Shown one piece after another: positions 8,565-11,079 of a DNA stretch of 11,079 nucleotides. Under the pieces are notes generated by a model. That model saw nothing but the letters and a program-made list of their open reading frames with translations. It was not told where the DNA came from and ran no database searches. This stretch comes from Thermostichus sp. DRC_bins_24 (GTDB taxonomy: Bacteria > Cyanobacteriota > Cyanobacteriia > Thermostichales > Thermostichaceae): NCBI GenBank assembly GCA_039794845.1, contig JAUQVK010000030.1:1-11079 (forward strand). The letters are read 5' to 3'. How positions within the stretch are numbered: the first letter of the stretch is position 1; the number at the start of each line of letters is the position of its first letter. The translations under genes and the position numbers were made by a program.

Positions 8565-9743
8565 TCAAGCGGCGAAGTGAATGCGTAGGTAGTCTTCCTC
8601 CATTTTGGCGCGGGCCGGGTTCATGGCCGCCAGGGTTTGGGGCAGCACCAAGTTACGGCGGTGATTGCCGATGCGGATATTCAGCTCATCCCCGGTTTTG
8701 CTCAGCTCCACCTGCTCCTTCGGGATCCCGGGCAAGTACAAATCCAGACGATATTGGCCGTTATCGGTGACCACGTTCATTGTCTGCTCGGCGTAGAGCA
8801 CCTCGGCGGGGTTACGATCCCCCCACAGGTCTTTTTTCAGACGAGCCAAGGCCTCCCAGCCCACCAGTTCTTCCGAATAAAGGGGAATTTCAAACACCGG
8901 CAGAGGGGCAAAGTTCTCATGAATTTCCTGGCGATATTTCTGTTGAGCGGCCTTCCAGGTAGCAAAGTAGGGATCCACCACCGTCTCCGGCAAAATGCGA
9001 TTGGCCACCACCAGATCGGTGGCTACCCCGTAGAGGCTTAGGTAGGCATGGGCCCGCAGAGATTCCTTGATCACCATCTTCTCGGGATTGGTGACCAGCC
9101 GTACCGAGGTAATGTGGTTGTCGGTGAGGATCCGCTCCAGCCGCTCGATTTTCTCATAAAACTCGTAGGGGGCATCCAACACCCGGTTGTCGGGTAAGGG
9201 GATCCCGGTCAGGCCCTTGACAATCGGCTCGGCGATGGGGCGCAACATTTGGGCCAGACCCTGCAGGGGCTTATAGAACTTGCGCATGTACCATCCCGAT
9301 ACATCCGGCAGGCTTAGCAACCGCAGGGCAGTACCGGTGGGGGCGGAGTCGATGATCAACACATCAAAATCATCCTCGTCGTAGTGGCGGTTCACCCGTA
9401 CCAGGGAGAAAATCTCGTCCATCCCCGGCAAGATCGCCAGTTCCTGCGCCTGCACCCCATCCAGACCGCGGGCCTGCAACACCTGGGTAATGTAGGTTTT
9501 GACGGATCCCCAGTTCAGCTCCAACTCGTTGAGGGCATCCAACTCCGCCCCCCACAGATTGGGTTTCACCTCAATGGGATCATGACCCAAGGGCTGATCG
9601 AAGCTATCCGCCAACGAGTGGGCCGGATCCGTACTCAACACCAAGGTTTTCAGGCCAATCTCCGCACAACGCCAGCCGGTCGCCGCTGCCATCGAGGTTT
9701 TGCCGACTCCACCCTTGCCGGTCATGAGGATGATGCGTTGCAT
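8565..9743 (-). CDS. ArsA/TRC40/Get3-family ATPase with C-terminal HSP20/alpha-crystallin-like domain (Get3d-type)
   Basis: Deviant Walker [23 protein letters not shown] and [14 protein letters not shown], with a single ATPase domain. The C-terminal ~75 aa (YRLDLYLPG...[18 protein letters not shown]...LRIHF) is alpha-crystallin-like. Confidence 0.93.
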   Translation of the reverse strand: MQRIILMTGKGGVGKTSMAAATGWRCAEIGLKTLVLSTDPAHSLADSFDQPLGHDPIEVKPNLWGAELDALNELELNWGSVKTYITQVLQARGLDGVQAQELAILPGMDEIFSLVRVNRHYDEDDFDVLIIDSAPTGTALRLLSLPDVSGWYMRKFYKPLQGLAQMLRPIAEPIVKGLTGIPLPDNRVLDAPYEFYEKIERLERILTDNHITSVRLVTNPEKMVIKESLRAHAYLSLYGVATDLVVANRILPETVVDPYFATWKAAQQKYRQEIHENFAPLPVFEIPLYSEELVGWEALARLKKDLWGDRNPAEVLYAEQTMNVVTDNGQYRLDLYLPGIPKEQVELSKTGDELNIRIGNHRRNLVLPQTLAAMNPARAKMEEDYLRIHFAA

Positions 9744-9753
9744 GAGAGCGCCA

Positions 9754-9771
9754 GTTACATTCTTTCACATT
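9754..9771. promoter_or_regulatory. HLR1-like direct repeat (candidate RpaB binding site)
   Basis: GTTACATT-CT-TTCACATT has one mismatch to (G/T)TTACA(T/A)(T/A)-N2-(G/T)TTACA(T/A)(T/A). It lies about 10 nt upstream of the ATPase ATG. Confidence 0.55.
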
Positions 9772-9927
9772 CTCTAGCCTAGCCTATTCCTCCACCTACC
9801 AGGCTTCACCAACTCAACCCATCTGGTCTCCCCAGCTAGCCCTAGGGATACCGGTCAATCCTGGCTGCCGCGAAATCTCCTCGGCCAGGTAAACTATTGC
9901 TGAGAAAAATGGAGTGATTCGAGGTGC

Positions 9928-10323
9928 ATGATGATCAAACGTTGGCACAGTTGGGTGTTGGCTGGGCTGTTGGCTTTGGGATTTTGGCTGGGATCCCCGG
10001 TGCAGGCTGCCAATCTGCCCCCACAACTCCAAGAGCTAGAGCAGCAAGTCACCCAACTTCAAAGTCTGGTGGATGCGGAAGACTGGTTGGAGATCCGCTC
10101 CTACATTCATGGACCGATGGGTTTGACCCGTAAAAACCTGACAGGGCTCGCGGTTACTTTGCCGAAAGAGCAAAAGCAAGAGGTGATTCGCCTAACCAGA
10201 GAATTGGGCCGCAGTCTGGAAAAATTGGATTTTGCCGCCAAAGGCTATAACCAACCCCAAGTAGAAGCCGCTCAAGCCAAGGTGAGAAAGGCCCTGGATG
10301 ATCTAGAGTCTTTGTTCTCTTGA
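9928..10323 (+). CDS. psbQ: Photosystem II extrinsic protein PsbQ (CyanoQ)
   Basis: GAGG RBS at 9921-9924 and a signal peptide. The CyanoQ-like core is DWLEIRSYIHGPMG...LPKEQK...LEKLDFAAK, with an amphipathic four-helix pattern. Confidence 0.85.
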   Translation: MMIKRWHSWVLAGLLALGFWLGSPVQAANLPPQLQELEQQVTQLQSLVDAEDWLEIRSYIHGPMGLTRKNLTGLAVTLPKEQKQEVIRLTRELGRSLEKLDFAAKGYNQPQVEAAQAKVRKALDDLESLFS

Positions 10324-10530
10324 AGGAGATTGCTACCCTAAACTTTGTGCTGAAACCGTTTTTGCCTTCCATAGCGGGTAAGGATCCCACAGCAGGTACC
10401 GGCAATAGCCCTGTTGTCTCCGGTAGGGTGGAATTGAAAGGAGAGGTGAAATCATCCTCAGGGGTTCTTGGGATCCGTACCGGGATGGCCACAGGGATCC
10501 CGTTTCGGAACTCATCCGTGAGAGTTCCAC

Positions 10531-11079
10531 TCAGTCTTGAGGCGGTGGCCCATACACTTTCACTTCCCGGCCTTGAGCATCGTAGAGCACCTGATAATCA
10601 ATGCCAGCTTTCGGATCCCTTCCCCTTTCAGCCGCTATTTCTGCCTCAATCGAAGCTTGGGATCTACGGATAAACGCTTCGGCTTCTTCTGGGCTGAGGG
10701 GAGGAGGACAGTACTTATTCCAGTCAAAGATCTGACCAGTTTGCCAAAGAACCTCTCGAATGGCAGGGATGTTTTGCTCCTCAACTCTCCACAGGGTTAA
10801 TCGCTCATTCATGGGTTCGAGGCTGCCACGGCTCGGATCCTGTTGGATCCAATCGGATAGGGGAATGCCGTCGACTGGCATCTCAAGCTGAGAGGAGTTC
10901 AGGAAGTTAAAGGGGTAGATATCTCGAAGCTGTCCTTGATTGTATAAGGCGTGCTCGATAGCATAGTCGTCCCATTTATATAGCCGCTCCCGCTCTTCTC
11001 CCTTTGCATTGGAAGCTTGTCGTGTATCGATTACCAACTGCTTTGGTCGATAGTGCACATAGCAAATACCGTAGTCAGG
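10531..11079 (-). CDS. Hypothetical protein, 5'-truncated by the window edge
   Basis: The frame stays open to position 11079 (PDYGICYVHYRPK...). The protein-like, aromatic-rich sequence includes LRDIYPFNFL, LSDWIQQDPSRGSL and LWRVEEQNIPAIREVL. GC is lower than in neighbouring genes. Confidence 0.75.
   Translation of the reverse strand, partial: PDYGICYVHYRPKQLVIDTRQASNAKGEERERLYKWDDYAIEHALYNQGQLRDIYPFNFLNSSQLEMPVDGIPLSDWIQQDPSRGSLEPMNERLTLWRVEEQNIPAIREVLWQTGQIFDWNKYCPPPLSPEEAEAFIRRSQASIEAEIAAERGRDPKAGIDYQVLYDAQGREVKVYGPPPQD

Larger units (their letters stand above)
698..10501. repeat. Dispersed highly iterated palindrome GGGATCCC (HIP1 analogue)
   Basis: Exact copies seen at 698, 2662, 4953, 5225, 6216, 6509, 6642, 6702, 7253, 7622, 8167, 8722, 9199, 9990 and 10494, plus many additional GGATCC cores. 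Confidence 0.9.

Noticed and set aside
8565..9743. Arsenic resistance ATPase ArsA
   Set aside because: It has a single ATPase domain, lacks metalloid-binding Cys residues, has an HSP20-like tail, and has no arsB/arsC/arsR nearby.
837..9782. Numerous antisense or overlapping ORFs (e.g. 837-1319, 4035-4808, 7086-7838, 7950-8558, 9384-9782)
   Set aside because: These are shadow ORFs opposite well-supported genes in GC-rich DNA, with no recognisable motifs.
10154..10673. ORFs 10154-10492 (-), 10320-10673 (+) and 10333-10530 (-) as real genes
   Set aside because: The first two overlap psbQ or the downstream CDS, and none has a recognisable product.

Overview
This is an 11-kb chromosomal window from a cyanobacterium (psbQ is present). 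It is most likely a thermophilic Synechococcus/Thermostichus (OS-A/OS-B'-like), inferred from heavy over-representation of the palindrome GGGATCCC. Gene order is: secreted repeat protein (+); then on the - strand a membrane PAS-GGDEF-EAL c-di-GMP enzyme, a GPH-family MFS transporter, a cryptic Uma2/DUF820 C-terminal remnant missed by the ORF track, a lipoprotein, ackA, trmFO (split by a frameshift in a T6 run) and an ArsA/Get3-family ATPase; then a divergent psbQ (+) and a truncated, lower-GC hypothetical gene (-). The region is mostly housekeeping, with no RNA genes, CRISPR array or intact mobile element, and I cannot support a complete new multi-gene system. The best leads are a PsbQ with no cysteine or lipobox, an HLR1/RpaB-like site in the Get3-psbQ divergent promoter, the trmFO frameshift, the hidden Uma2 remnant, and the secreted SGSGIRI-repeat protein converging on a c-di-GMP enzyme with an unusual extracytoplasmic domain.
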